A DNA stretch of 64,000 bases from a virus. Below, in pieces: positions 35,639 to 47,400 of this stretch (the first letter of the stretch is position 1; each line of letters opens with the position of its first letter). The stretch lies in IMG/VR virus record IMGVR_UViG_3300037149_000105, positions 64,001 through 128,000 of that record; one strand, given 5' to 3'. Both the position numbers and the translations under genes were made by a program. The notes beneath the pieces are model-generated. The model was given only the letters and a program-made list of their open reading frames with translations. It ran no database searches and was not told where the DNA came from.

Positions 35639-36835
35639 ATGCCCTTCACCTTCCGCTCTGAATCCCGCATGAACGAACTGGTCGCCAAGGCCAACAAGCC
35701 CCTGGTGAAGATGGGCTTGTCCACCCTGGTCGTCACCTCCGTCACCCCCCGCAAGGTCAACTGCACCACCGAGGGTGGCCAGAACATCACCTACGTGGTG
35801 TTCGATGCCGAGATCACCGTCCCCGAGGAACTGGTTCGCATCGCTGGCACCCAGGTCGTGGCTCGTATCGAAAACGTTGAAGGGCTCAACATGGTCACCC
35901 GCATCGGTGGCTACGAGGGCAACCTCGACGCCTACCGCACCGCTGCCATCGAATGCCAGCACTGCGGCTTCAGGCGCAACCGCAAGGGCTCCTGGATCGT
36001 CATCGACCCCACTGGCACCCAGAAGCAGATTGGCGACACCTGCGTTGACCTCTACTTCGGCGTGGACGTTGCGAAGATCCTCAGCACCTCCTACCACGTT
36101 CACTCCATCCTGGACAGCGATGACTGGGGCATGGACGGTGGGAGCCGCAAGAGCTATGATGACACCGCTTCCTTCATCTCCACCATCGCTTGGATCGCCT
36201 CCACCAAGGGCTTCGTCACCAAGAAGCAGGCTGATGAGAACATGAGCCAGAGCAGTGCCGACTATGCGGATTACCTGACCAGCCCCCTCAGCAGCTTCGC
36301 TGATGCCAAGGAACGGGCCGCTTACTACGCTGCCAAGGAAGAGTGCTCCGTTTGGCTGAAGCATACCGGTATCGTGAGTGTTCAGGAGACGGTCGTGGAC
36401 TTCTGGATGGAGAAGGACAACCTGTCCGAGTTCGAGCACAACTGCCGGGTTGCCATCCTCGCGCAGTCGCTCCGCTACAAAGGTTTGGTCGCTTATGCGA
36501 CGAAGATGTGGGTCGATGCGGTCAAGAAGGCTCAGGCCGAACTGAAGGCTGCCCAGGCCCCCCAGGCTCGCACCGTCAGCAATTACGTGGCTGCCAAGGG
36601 TGAGCGGATTGTCCTGACCCTCACCGTCAAGAACATCTACTCCTACGACACGGCTTACGGCACCACGACCATGTTCATCTTCAACGACGAGCAGGGCAAC
36701 TGCATCGTCTGGAAGGCCACCTCCAACCCCTCCATGGAGATCGGCCAGACCTACAGCGTCAAGGGCACCGTCAAAGACCACACCGACTACAAAGGCACCA
36801 AGCAGACCCTTCTGACTCGGTGCCAGATTGGGTAA
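35639..36835 (+). CDS. Zn-finger plus C-terminal OB-fold protein (conserved phage early protein)
   Basis: CQHCG..R.R...QIG.TC; YG....F.DE.GN..VW...KGTVKDH..YKG.KQT.LTR; own promoter and terminator. Confidence 0.8.
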   Translation: MPFTFRSESRMNELVAKANKPLVKMGLSTLVVTSVTPRKVNCTTEGGQNITYVVFDAEITVPEELVRIAGTQVVARIENVEGLNMVTRIGGYEGNLDAYRTAAIECQHCGFRRNRKGSWIVIDPTGTQKQIGDTCVDLYFGVDVAKILSTSYHVHSILDSDDWGMDGGSRKSYDDTASFISTIAWIASTKGFVTKKQADENMSQSSADYADYLTSPLSSFADAKERAAYYAAKEECSVWLKHTGIVSVQETVVDFWMEKDNLSEFEHNCRVAILAQSLRYKGLVAYATKMWVDAVKKAQAELKAAQAPQARTVSNYVAAKGERIVLTLTVKNIYSYDTAYGTTTMFIFNDEQGNCIVWKATSNPSMEIGQTYSVKGTVKDHTDYKGTKQTLLTRCQIG

Positions 36836-36856
36836 TAAGTAGGGTAGGCAATATTG

Positions 36857-36880
36857 AAAGGGGCCTCATGGCCCCTTTTT
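36857..36880 (+). terminator. intrinsic terminator
   Basis: AAAGGGGCC-TCAT-GGCCCCTTTTT. Confidence 0.8.
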
Positions 36881-37049
36881 CATTCCAACAGGAGCAGTAT
36901 GAGCATTTTCGAATGGATTTTTTGGCCCCTCTGGCTTGCCGCGATATGGTTCCTACGATATGGTCCTTCGATGCGATTTCAGGAGTGGTTCTGTGACTGG
37001 CAGGTTAGAGTCAATGAAAAAATGAGTATTAATAAGAAGGAGTAGACAT

Positions 37050-37220
37050 ATGAAATTTCAAGACATTCCACTAAAAGGGTATTTCCGGCTCACTCCGGAT
37101 GGTCGTAGTTTCCAGAAGACCAGTTACTTTGGATACTACGTTGACTCATGCATGGGAGAGATGCAGGTTCAGGGTGATCTGGAAGTCATTCCATTTGATA
37201 CCCCGACTGAACCTGAGTAA
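37050..37220 (+). CDS. small hypothetical protein (56 aa)
   Basis: AAGGAG RBS. Confidence 0.55.
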   Translation: MKFQDIPLKGYFRLTPDGRSFQKTSYFGYYVDSCMGEMQVQGDLEVIPFDTPTEPE

Positions 37221-37222
37221 AA

Positions 37223-37807
37223 ATGGCTCGATTTCTTACCCCGGAACAAAAGGCTGAGTCTTACAAGAGGGCGAAAGAGGCTAAACTTTGTAGGTGGTGT
37301 GGGTTAGACGTTCACCGCTTGAGTGCAAAGCGGAGAACTTTTTGTTCGGATGAGTGTGTACACGAGTTCAACATTCGCTCTAGTGCTAGTTACATCCGAA
37401 TCTATATTGCCAAACGTGATAAATACATCTGTCAGATTTGTGGATTGGACTGTAAGGGATTCGTAAGCAGACTTAGGCGGTATGTTCGAGAACACATTCA
37501 GGAACTTCAACAGCAACCCATCTATGCAGGCTACCAGAATTACCGTCATGCTCAGAGGGCTCTGGAAATGGAGTTCTTCGACCTTCGCAATATGGAATGG
37601 GTGAATACCCATGGGAGGTCCACCTTCTATGATATTGATCACATCATACCCGTTTCCGAGAACAAAAATCAATGTGGAGAAGAAAACCTCCGCACCCTCT
37701 GCCTGGGCTGCCATCGGAAAGAGACGGCGAAACTAAGGGCTCGATTGAAAAAGGCTAATCTTGCGGCTTCTGATTCCTCTCTTCAAGTTCCAGAATCACC
37801 ATCTTAG
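37223..37807 (+). CDS. HNH endonuclease
   Basis: RD...CQICG, DHIIPV...G..NLRTLC..CH. Confidence 0.85.
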   Translation: MARFLTPEQKAESYKRAKEAKLCRWCGLDVHRLSAKRRTFCSDECVHEFNIRSSASYIRIYIAKRDKYICQICGLDCKGFVSRLRRYVREHIQELQQQPIYAGYQNYRHAQRALEMEFFDLRNMEWVNTHGRSTFYDIDHIIPVSENKNQCGEENLRTLCLGCHRKETAKLRARLKKANLAASDSSLQVPESPS

Positions 37808-38030
37808 GCTTTGGCTTTGGTGCTCGCTTCTTTCTGGCTGGTTTGGGGATCCCCACCATGCCATTGCGGAAGCTATCAACCCACTCCAGGGCTGAAATCA
37901 ATTCAGCCGCATCAAATTGAGACATCGCTATGTACTTAAGCTCCGCTTGCTTCTCTCCGACCAGCAGGATGCGGATCATGTCCTCATCGTCTTGAATCTC
38001 CATCACCCATTTGCGAATTGTGTCTGACAT
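37755..38030 (-). CDS. hypothetical protein
   Basis: GAGGA RBS. Confidence 0.55.
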   Translation of the reverse strand: MSDTIRKWVMEIQDDEDMIRILLVGEKQAELKYIAMSQFDAAELISALEWVDSFRNGMVGIPKPARKKRAPKPKPKMVILELEERNQKPQD

Positions 38031-39714
38031 TGGCGTGTCCTCTTTGGATGTCCTCGCGGCTTAGTTCCTGTAAGACAAGTCGTCTGTTTTGAGAGTTAAG
38101 GTCGTTCGATAACTTCTTCCAGACTTCAGACCCCTTCAAAAAAGAGTCAACAAGTCCGTTTTCCGATGGCCATTTTTGCCCTCGTTTGATATTTTCAAAC
38201 TCCAATTTTAACGCCATCGCGGCAGTCCGGATCTCCGGGGGGATTGGGTAATTAGAGGAAATGGTTGAGAGTTCGGGCTCCTCCGTTGGCTTAGCCAAAA
38301 ATTTCATTCTAGCCCTTTTCTTGAGTAAGGAGCTAGCCTTTGGTTGTGAATCGAGATACCCACCCTCACGAAGAATTTTTTCTACATCCATATTGTCAGG
38401 ATTTAGCATCCTCTCCACGTGATCAACCGCATCCGCTCTAAGTGCGTCCAAATCTTTCCGTTGTCCCATTAGTGCGTTTAAATAGGCGTAGACCCGCTCC
38501 GCATCCTCTTTTTTCAAGCCAGGAATGATTCTGTCAATATTGGCTTGAGTTGCGCGGGCTCCGCCTCGCGCGTTGTTTAACTGAGTATCAAATGTCCACT
38601 TCTCATCTGCTGTCTCTGGCTGTTTAATCTTTCTTGCTTTTTCTATAAGTTGGAAGTAATCACGCTCAGGAGATTCAGGGCTATTGATATAAAATTCTAG
38701 TTCCGCATCAATTTTTTCATTTTGTGACATATCAGGATGATAGAGGCGTTCCACCTCTTGCCCTATTATATCTGAGTAGTTAGATACAAAGCAACTCCTG
38801 CTACAGAAGGGGCCGTCATCTGTGTAATATGCGTCAGGAGAATCCTCATCTATGTATTTTTCGCAATACGCACATTGGTCATACGGATGCGCGTCATCCC
38901 AATCGTTGAATACAAAGCCCTCGTTTACCCAGTGAGCTAGGGTCTTGTCATAATTGACCAACACTTCTACGAGCCACCAGTAGTTACCATCGTTAAAATA
39001 GTAGAGATGCCCTTCCGCTTCTTTCTTTCCAAAGTCATTCCCATCTACATCCTGACATTCAAAGTGTTCAATGTCGTCCGCACTAGTTGGAATAGAAAAT
39101 TGAGCGTAACGATCTGAGCCGTAAGTCCCACCCACCTCTGCCTGCACGATTACATAAAGTGGGCCTCTAGCTAGGTAAGTTCTGGCGTAGTTCTCATTTT
39201 TTGTACACCAATGGGAGCCTTTGCCCATTAGCATTGCAGCCTCTGGAGTAGTTACTTTAAAAAAAGCGTAGCCCCTCTGCTCTGTCAGAAGCTCACAGCC
39301 GTTATTCAGATACTCTTGCCGTCTCCGCTCTACTTCCCTCTTTTGCTCTTTTTTAGATAGCTGTCCCCGGTCCATCTCAGCCATTTGGGCTGTAAATGTG
39401 TACCAATCATACGCCAAGATATCTGTGTGGGTGTCGGGCATAGCCTTGAACTTTTGGGAGTTCTTTAATCGGTTGAACTTGACCAGTGATTCATGCGCCT
39501 CTTCTAAAGCCATCTGATTAAGACCCAATCTACCCTTTGTAAACTCCCTAACCAGGAACTCTGTGTAGGTTCCATTGTTGGTGGGGTCAATATCTGCAAG
39601 CTGCTTAACAGCCTCTGGGGTAGCATGATACTTGCTCGCCAGTGCCTTTTGCCTAGCTTCCGAAGCGGCTGCGCTGAGGAGGAAAGCATGTTTGAAGAGT
39701 AGTTTGAATGGCAT
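37984..39714 (-). CDS. hypothetical protein (DPT...WCT domain), paralog of 41690..44458
   Basis: DIDPT..YTEFL; WCTK...YL..GPLYV. Confidence 0.8.
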   Translation of the reverse strand: MPFKLLFKHAFLLSAAASEARQKALASKYHATPEAVKQLADIDPTNNGTYTEFLVREFTKGRLGLNQMALEEAHESLVKFNRLKNSQKFKAMPDTHTDILAYDWYTFTAQMAEMDRGQLSKKEQKREVERRRQEYLNNGCELLTEQRGYAFFKVTTPEAAMLMGKGSHWCTKNENYARTYLARGPLYVIVQAEVGGTYGSDRYAQFSIPTSADDIEHFECQDVDGNDFGKKEAEGHLYYFNDGNYWWLVEVLVNYDKTLAHWVNEGFVFNDWDDAHPYDQCAYCEKYIDEDSPDAYYTDDGPFCSRSCFVSNYSDIIGQEVERLYHPDMSQNEKIDAELEFYINSPESPERDYFQLIEKARKIKQPETADEKWTFDTQLNNARGGARATQANIDRIIPGLKKEDAERVYAYLNALMGQRKDLDALRADAVDHVERMLNPDNMDVEKILREGGYLDSQPKASSLLKKRARMKFLAKPTEEPELSTISSNYPIPPEIRTAAMALKLEFENIKRGQKWPSENGLVDSFLKGSEVWKKLSNDLNSQNRRLVLQELSREDIQRGHANVRHNSQMGDGDSRR

Positions 39715-39728
39715 CCCAGTTCCTTCAC

Positions 39729-41012
39729 TTAAGGCTTGAGTATTGCGGTTTCGCTCAGTTTTTGTGAATGCTTGATATGGAACTCAAAATTATAGCCAGC
39801 CTGTTTGACTGCTTGTGCTTTGGCGTGGTTCATAGCCAAAGTTTTTTGATAAGTGTACACTGATTTTACCTCAATGATTAGGTTCTTGGATTTAATAAAA
39901 ATGTCAGGGTAATACCTACGTAATTTTCCTTTGAATTCATAGAAGAAACTAGGGCAGTCAATTCCGGTTAAAATATCAGCTTCTGAAGTGCCCGAATCTA
40001 ACAACTCTTGAATAACTAAAGGCTCGTATCCTTGGACTTGGATAGTCTTTCCAGAAGGAAAAGTGAACGTCTTACGAGCATAACCTAACTTTAATCTGGA
40101 GTGAAAGAATATGGGAGACTGAAGCGGGTAAGGCACTCCATACTTGTTAATATTTGTTACCTCTCCTTTTGCACGAATCTCTGCCGATTGATAAGGGGCG
40201 GTAACTCCATAACGAGCCACACAAGTCAAAGCTCGCTTAGCTTCGCATTCCGGATTTTGGCGGGGATGTTCATACCCCGTCTTTATTCTCTGACCTTCTT
40301 TCCATTTTTTATTTTTTGCGTAGTGTCCCCCATAACGAGCATTTATTGTCTCCTGAATACGCCTACCCATCCCAGGAATTTGAAATACGTTGTCCACTCC
40401 AAACATTTTTTGGAGCACAGCTTTTCTTTTTTCATACCCAGATTTTAAGGATCCATGCCTGCTAATTTCAGTCTCCTGTTTTTTAGCTACAAACTCAGGA
40501 AGACTAATGGGATTAGCCACTCCATAGCGGTTAAGACAGGTTTGCTCTCTTTTCTCAATGAAAGAGTGATCCTGTGTATGGTGCTCCACGCCGTACCGTT
40601 CCAATGAAGTTTTTCTTCTCTCTTCTTCAGAATGAGCACACTTAGCCGGACACTTCTTGTAATGATCTGAACAACACCAATACCAATGAAGAACCTGCCC
40701 CGTATTTGTCTTGACCGATTTCATCAGATGAAACTTAGCCAGAGATCCACAGCCATTTTCGCATAGTTGGCCCTCAGAGGGCAACTCAGCACTCCTCCTT
40801 GCTTGCCGCTCCTTCTGCCCTTTGGCATGTCTTTCCTTTTGAATTTTCGCTCTGGTTTCCAAATCCATAATAGAGACTGCATGGGCTGTAGTATTTTTTG
40901 ATTGCATAAGTCTGTAACCTAGACATTCCCTAGCCTTTTGATGACAACAGTACAACCTTTTAGCAGCATGGTAGTAATTTCCAGCACCGCCACACAGATA
41001 GCAGCTACCCAC
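39729..41012 (-). CDS. putative homing endonuclease with YG repeats and C-terminal PD-(D/E)xK domain
   Basis: T.L.RYGV repeats; QGYE, YYPDIFI....IIEVKS. Confidence 0.75.
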   Translation of the reverse strand: MGSCYLCGGAGNYYHAAKRLYCCHQKARECLGYRLMQSKNTTAHAVSIMDLETRAKIQKERHAKGQKERQARRSAELPSEGQLCENGCGSLAKFHLMKSVKTNTGQVLHWYWCCSDHYKKCPAKCAHSEEERRKTSLERYGVEHHTQDHSFIEKREQTCLNRYGVANPISLPEFVAKKQETEISRHGSLKSGYEKRKAVLQKMFGVDNVFQIPGMGRRIQETINARYGGHYAKNKKWKEGQRIKTGYEHPRQNPECEAKRALTCVARYGVTAPYQSAEIRAKGEVTNINKYGVPYPLQSPIFFHSRLKLGYARKTFTFPSGKTIQVQGYEPLVIQELLDSGTSEADILTGIDCPSFFYEFKGKLRRYYPDIFIKSKNLIIEVKSVYTYQKTLAMNHAKAQAVKQAGYNFEFHIKHSQKLSETAILKP

Positions 41013-41105
41013 TTGTTCAGCCGTGACCTCAACAAATTTAAAATAGTTTGAATTTGGTATAACGAACTCCTTTGTATATTAATACTCGGAAAGTTCGTTT
41101 TTTAG

Positions 41106-41693
41106 TCAGAATTGCAGGACCCATGACATAATAAAATTAATACCCGCTGGTAAAACTAGGGGTGGGAGAGTCTTGTAATTGATCAGAATAGCGGTGTTCG
41201 TATCGTTGATGCTGGCCTGAGTGGCGTTGTTGAAGAAGGGGGCGGCCCCGAGGGTGGTAGACGAGGCGGTGCTTCCCCCACCGATAAGCCCAAGCTCCCT
41301 GATCGGAGTGTTGATTGAATCGGTCGTAGCATTCAGAATTGTCTGAAAATCAACTATGTTGGAATAGCCCTCGTTTGGAATGACATTCAGATTCTCATCC
41401 ACGAACTGAATATAGCTGCACGGCTTGCGAAGAATTGGGGTGATGATGTTCTGCTGGGTAGGCAACGCATCAGGCTGGTTGTTCAGCGGCCAATCAGGCG
41501 CACCGGCTCCAATCGCCAGCCCCCACACACCCGCAACCGGATCACTGATGTTAGCCATCATTCTGGCGAACAAATATTGTGTATTCAAGCACACAGTGTT
41601 ATGCTCCGCAAATATTGTGTTGCTTGGGTTAGCTTCTTCGAACACTCGAATATAGCCCTTTGCTGGGATGGTCATTCTGTCATTGTTTTTCAT
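41106..41693 (-). CDS. putative baseplate/tail structural protein
   Basis: HN.V, AIG.G, IRELGL, NYKT pattern of myovirus baseplate proteins. Confidence 0.55.
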   Translation of the reverse strand: MKNNDRMTIPAKGYIRVFEEANPSNTIFAEHNTVCLNTQYLFARMMANISDPVAGVWGLAIGAGAPDWPLNNQPDALPTQQNIITPILRKPCSYIQFVDENLNVIPNEGYSNIVDFQTILNATTDSINTPIRELGLIGGGSTASSTTLGAAPFFNNATQASINDTNTAILINYKTLPPLVLPAGINFIMSWVLQF

Positions 41694-44458
41694 GCTTTCT
41701 CCTTATAATTCATTACTCTGGCAAAGAGGACTTGATGCAGTCTGGACTGCTTCTCGCCCCGTGGGAGTTGATCACTCTCTTCGTCCAAGAGTTTGCGGAG
41801 CCGTTTAGACGCCTCATCCGCACCAAGCACTTGGAACAGATATTTGTAGCCCCAATTCTGGTTTTCAAACATCTTGTCTTCAATTTCTTTCCATCGACTT
41901 TTCTTTATCTCAGCGATGTATTGGAGTATTCCGCTGGCTATATCTACGGGTCCATCGTCATAATCGGTTCCCCATTTTCTTTCATTAAATGCTTTAGCTG
42001 TGGCTGCTTCAAGCTCGGGCCATGGCTTCCCATTCATCCGCTCCTTGATATACTCAATCGCATTAGTGAGCCCTCTTCTCCGTCCCGCCCTCTCTATGAG
42101 GGTCTCTTCCTGACGAGGGATTCGCTCATTCTTTTCGTACACTCGATCAATATATTCCTCGTTATCCAGGATGGCCGGATAGTCTCTCTCAAGCTCAGGC
42201 CACCGTTTAGGGTGGAACCTCATCATATACTGATTGAGATTATAGTTACTGAGGTAACGTGCCTTCTCAAGCACCCATGCCTCACCCACCGCAGAAATAT
42301 TTTTCATTTCAGTCAATGTATCCATGATGTTACGGTCATCAAATGAGGGGGAGTTGATGACCCACTCCAAAACCTTATCAGTGGGATCGGGGAGATCCTT
42401 ATCCCGATGGTTATCTTTCCAGAACTCATACTCCCGCTTTGGAGTTGTCCGAATTTTTGTTTCTCCTCGATCCACTTTTTGGAGCTTATCCTCCATCGCT
42501 CTTTCAGTCAGGAGTTCAATTTCAGTGATCTTCTTTTCGAAAGAGGGCTGCGCCCAGGTGGGGATTTTCCTAATTTTGAAGGGGCTACCGTTGAGGAAGT
42601 TCTCTCTCCCATAGGCTGCCACTTCCTTCAGTTTAGTGAATCCCGCTAGGGCTGCGTCAAGCTTCTCTCTGGCTGGAGCTTGGATATCCTTCAGAGCCTG
42701 TCCGATAGCGGCAGAAGCTCGTTCCTCTGCACCCCCATCTCCGGAAACTCTACGTTTGTAGATGTCCCCTGCATCCTTCAATAGTCTGTATGCTACGCCG
42801 TATTCTGGTTCTGCTTTTGCCCGCTCAACCGCCTTCTCCCAGGCTTGGTTCACAAAGGGACGGAACATGTTCTTTATCATTTTGATATAGGGCTGAACCG
42901 CCGTATTTCTTGTGAAATCCCTAGTCTGCATCCCGTGAGCCCCATATCCACCCATAAGTTGCACGGTAAACCCACTCACATTTCCATCAGCGTTGTTATA
43001 ACTATAGGTGGATGAGGGAAACTTGCTGTTCAACAAACCTACCAGAGCCTCGCCCTCACTTACCGCTTTCTCGCTTCCTTCTTTTACAGCCGCTCTAAAC
43101 TGAGCAAACTTCTCATCCCAGTCATATTCCTTAGAGAAAAGGGCAAACACCTTCTTGAACAACGGTTCAATTCTGAAGGCTAACCCATATTCTGCCGATG
43201 TGAGGTGGTTGGGATCAGAATCGGGGGTGCTCATGGACTTAACGAAGTCAGTGTAGGATTCAGTTCTATCAATTTTCTTTGCAATTTCAACCACGTTCTT
43301 ATTAGCCTCGTAGTAGGGGGCAACCGCCTCTCCGGTACGAGCGTAACGATTAGTCAACTCTCTGAGTTCATCTGGCTCTAAAAGTTCGTATCTGGGACGA
43401 ATATACTTTTCCTCGACATCCAAGAACTTCTTGTCCTTCTTTACATTACCACCATTGACCATAACATACTCTTGCAGATAAGAGAACGTCTCAGCCGCAT
43501 CCAGATTAGGGACCTGATAGCACCCCATCGTTTTAGTCAGATCTGCCCTGGCCCGGTCGTTCATTGTGCCCTTAGCTAGGGCTTTTTCAATCAATTCCGC
43601 ACACTCCGGGTTCATCAGCTTGGTCCCGTACATATGGGAGTTGTTTCGACTCATGAACTGCGCCTTGCTTTCATTGTTATGTTCGTCCTTTGCGGGATCA
43701 AGTTGGAAGAAAGGGTCGCCGTTCTTGTACGCCACATAATTGGGGCCGGTGGATAGATACTTGGTGGCAGTGCCTACGTCTTTGGTACACCATGCGGGTT
43801 CATTGTTTGGGGGAAAGCGAGAGAGAGCAGATAGGTCTTCTGCACTAGTTACCTGCCATAAAATATACGTCTTGTCCTGATAGATAATTGTTGCCCCCTC
43901 TGGGCTTAGTTCAGGAAGGGTGTAGATATCTGAAGCGGAGTTGAACTTTGTCAAGGTGCTTCTCAGATTTGCCAAATCAGAGAACCGGTTTAGGTCGGTG
44001 GGGAGGTCTTGCTTCTTCCACTCAGGACTTTTACGGAGATCAGTAAAATCAGTCAGATTCTGTTTTATTGATTCTGTGTCTTCCTTCCATTGATTTTTCT
44101 GCCCATCATCCATGGCCAGCCATATCTTCAGCAGCCATTCGGTGAAATCATTCTTGTTGATGCCATCCGTAGGGTCAGCCGCAGCCACTCCGGTCAAAAT
44201 CTGAGCATATTTTGCATTAAGCATCTGCTCATTCTGCTTCTTAGCTTCTTTCTGGTCTTCCTCGTCTCCCAGTGTCTCATCCATCAGATTGACCATATTA
44301 TGGGTCGTCACATAGTGGTAGAGCTTAGGGCCGTATCGATTAGGACCGGCCAGAAACTCTATCTTCCTCTCGCTGATTGCCTCTTTATGGATCAACGGAG
44401 AAGCCAATGAGGCGAGAAGAGTGATGACTTCGGACATGTGGGGCTCCAAACAGTTCAA
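41690..44458 (-). CDS. large hypothetical protein (DPT...WCT domain, C-terminal RWPELE repeats)
   Basis: 922 aa; shared motifs with 37984..39714. Confidence 0.8.
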   Translation of the reverse strand: MNCLEPHMSEVITLLASLASPLIHKEAISERKIEFLAGPNRYGPKLYHYVTTHNMVNLMDETLGDEEDQKEAKKQNEQMLNAKYAQILTGVAAADPTDGINKNDFTEWLLKIWLAMDDGQKNQWKEDTESIKQNLTDFTDLRKSPEWKKQDLPTDLNRFSDLANLRSTLTKFNSASDIYTLPELSPEGATIIYQDKTYILWQVTSAEDLSALSRFPPNNEPAWCTKDVGTATKYLSTGPNYVAYKNGDPFFQLDPAKDEHNNESKAQFMSRNNSHMYGTKLMNPECAELIEKALAKGTMNDRARADLTKTMGCYQVPNLDAAETFSYLQEYVMVNGGNVKKDKKFLDVEEKYIRPRYELLEPDELRELTNRYARTGEAVAPYYEANKNVVEIAKKIDRTESYTDFVKSMSTPDSDPNHLTSAEYGLAFRIEPLFKKVFALFSKEYDWDEKFAQFRAAVKEGSEKAVSEGEALVGLLNSKFPSSTYSYNNADGNVSGFTVQLMGGYGAHGMQTRDFTRNTAVQPYIKMIKNMFRPFVNQAWEKAVERAKAEPEYGVAYRLLKDAGDIYKRRVSGDGGAEERASAAIGQALKDIQAPAREKLDAALAGFTKLKEVAAYGRENFLNGSPFKIRKIPTWAQPSFEKKITEIELLTERAMEDKLQKVDRGETKIRTTPKREYEFWKDNHRDKDLPDPTDKVLEWVINSPSFDDRNIMDTLTEMKNISAVGEAWVLEKARYLSNYNLNQYMMRFHPKRWPELERDYPAILDNEEYIDRVYEKNERIPRQEETLIERAGRRRGLTNAIEYIKERMNGKPWPELEAATAKAFNERKWGTDYDDGPVDIASGILQYIAEIKKSRWKEIEDKMFENQNWGYKYLFQVLGADEASKRLRKLLDEESDQLPRGEKQSRLHQVLFARVMNYKEKA

Positions 44459-44472
44459 TAAAGGATTGCGAA

Positions 44473-47400
44473 TTACGTTGTTCTGATAAGACGTTTCTGC
44501 CTTACTGGAGTGGGATAGACGTTTAGCTCATCCTCTATTTCGTGAAGACGGTCGTCAATCTGGTTCCACCGTTCCACGAGTTTCTCGTACTCCTCTGACC
44601 ATTTTATAGAGTCCCCCTCCTGAGCATTTTCTTCTAGGGCTTGGTCTACCACTTGCTGCTCTTTGGTTAGCTGTTCCTTTTCATCCATCAGAGGGGCAAA
44701 CTCAGTCTCTTTTTCGTCAAACAACAGCCCCTGAGCCGCATCCATTTTCTCAACATGGAGGTCCATATCAGGATATAGCTTTTGGAGATACTTGAGCATC
44801 TCGTGACCCACATACTCTCTTGGATCCACAGCTTTGCGTAACCGCTCGGACATCAGTTTCCTGGCCTCTAGAGTAGTCAGAGCTTGGTTTCCAATGTCGA
44901 TGCTATCAATCCACGGGTAGCCCTCATAGATGGAATAACGAATCTCTCCCACACAGAATCTTCCGTTGAGGGCGAACAGTGTGAAGTAATCCTGGGCAAA
45001 CCGGCGGTGGTGGTGCTCATGTTTGAACGTCAACGCTCCAATCTTTATCAGCAAAGAGGAGTTTATTTTGCTCGCAGTTGTTCGGGAAGCTCCGCCTCCA
45101 ATTCCGGTGGGAGTAATGCCCCCGGCTTGTGATCCGGGTATGCCATCCCCAGATACGCCTCTCTTGTAAGAGGAATCTTGTGAGTCTGCATGAAGCATAG
45201 GATCGGATCCGACCCAGCTTGGGGTTTCGAAGACGTTTTTTCCGCCCCTTCGTTCTTTGATAACAGCGGTGATTTTTTCCCTAGCTTGTTCGGCATTGAG
45301 CCCTCCATCTTCTGGATCGTGTGAGGCCCAGATCTCATTTGCAATACGGATGAACTTCTTGTCTCGCTTGTCCGCAGGGCTGAAAAGTGCCCTCACGGCC
45401 TCCCAGGTGATTGACTGGAGTTCGCGGGGTAGGATGCCCACCGCAGGGTCTTTCGCGGCTCTACGGTATGCCTCAGCGTAAAGAGCATAGAGTCCGTTCA
45501 GACCTGTGATTGAACTATTACTCGGACCTGGAATCTTCTCCATATCGGGGTCACCCTCGACATATTCGCCCTCATCATCATCCCATACCCACACCTTGCC
45601 ATTTTTGTCTTTCTTAGGGTTGAAACCGGTGCCAAAGTTATGAGCGACTTCTACCGCCGCACCACTCAGCGGGCGAATCAGTGCCGCCGCAACCGCATGG
45701 GTATCAATCGTTACATCACCCTCATCAGCCATTGGGGCGATAAGATTGTTGTAGAATGACCGCACCTTATGATTCGTTCCAACCAATTTAGATACATCAC
45801 TGACCGATTCTGATTCAAGGATTCGGACAGCCTTGGAGATGGCGGCGAAGCTGTTCCAGCGAACCTTAGCATTCTGTTTCCCAGTTTTGAACCAATCTCC
45901 AAAATTCCCTTCCGGAGTGACTTCACGAAGCTTGTTATCCGTATGTCCTTCGGCCCAAGCCCTGATCCATACGGAAGCCAAATACTCTCGACCTGATTCA
46001 GGGGTATTTTCTGTTAGCACTTCGTTGAGAGTTTTACCACGAAGCAGAGGAATGGCCAACGCTGTAGACCACTTCAGCTTGGGCTCCTTGGTTTTCTTGG
46101 GTTTCCTGGCACTTTCCTTTTTCTTCTTGCCACCCTCCTCTGACTCTCCGGCCCTAACCGCTTCCTTCATGTCATCTTCCAGGTCATCCGGGGTCCAGTT
46201 GCGATGCAGGGCCACCCGATCCATCTTCCAATCCCAGCGGAAGTCTTTCAACTCTACCAACGCTTCAATGATACGTTCTGCGGTGGTGACGTTCTGGAAC
46301 CAGTGAGCCTGGGGGGACATCGCCGCCACCACAGCCGCCACCTTGTGTGGCTCCAGATGGAACTTCTCCGCCCACCTGTGAATGATGCGATTGCCTCCCA
46401 CGTACCATAATTTAGCCCTATCCGCTAGGGATTTATCCCAAGTCTTATACAGCCAGATGAGGTTTGCAGCCATGTGGTTGATGATCTCTTCAGCCTTTTC
46501 ATGAGCATCAAACTTCTGGAAACGGCCCTCTCGCATATATTTAAAGTTGGGGTAGTTATCTACCGCTAGGTTGACATTATACTCAAACTTCTCATTCTCC
46601 ATCATCTTCTGAAGGTCCGGTTGGCTAGTAGCGTGACTGTGGGGGTCAACCTCACCGGGCTTCAGCACACTGCTTTGGGCGGCTGGACTGATGCGCCTAT
46701 CCGCCAGTGACTTGGCTAAGTCCTCTTCCTCTTGAGTCGGAGGAGTAACCTTTTCAGCGTTTGGTGTCTCCTCATTCACCATCCCCTCCACGGGGTCTAC
46801 GTTTAACCCACCACCTTCGGTTCGGGGCTTCACTGAAGCGGTAAGCAAAGGGCTGGAGGGGTTGAATGTCCCCTTGTTTCCTATGGCTGATTTTACTTGA
46901 CGGGGATTCCATACGATGTAATGGCGAGTGCCAGGGGCCATTCTCATGTTTAGAAATTGAGCACTCGCATCCATGATAATCCCATCGAACCCCATGTAGC
47001 GGTAGATAGCAGAGATAAGAGCGCCTGCACCTCCTTGAGCACCCGCACTTTCATCATTTCCTCTTACAGCTTTTTCAAATTCATAAGCAGAGCAGCCCTC
47101 TAACAACTTCTCCACCAATTCTTCCCATATGCGGTCTGCTCGTATGTCTGACTCTGAGCAAGCAGCCTGTACCGCCTCATAGAGTTTGGTAACTTCAGGG
47201 CCATCTACCCACTCATCTTCATTCTCCGGGTCAGGGCCACCATCCCCACCCAAGTAGGTTCCGCCTTTTGGTGTTACGATGACTGGGTTTTCCATTTTCA
47301 AGTAAGTGAGGTAGACGGCCCCCTGATGAGTCCCACCTAACATTTCCCATGCTTTTTTCTTGGCAAGCTCTCGGATAGCTTTGGGGTTGTCTTCGTGCTC

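Noticed and set aside
35576-36781. 401-aa antisense ORF and similar shadow ORFs (34264-34905, 31324-31896, 9745-10545)
   Set aside because: Mirror frames of strongly codon-biased + strand genes; no RBS or motifs.
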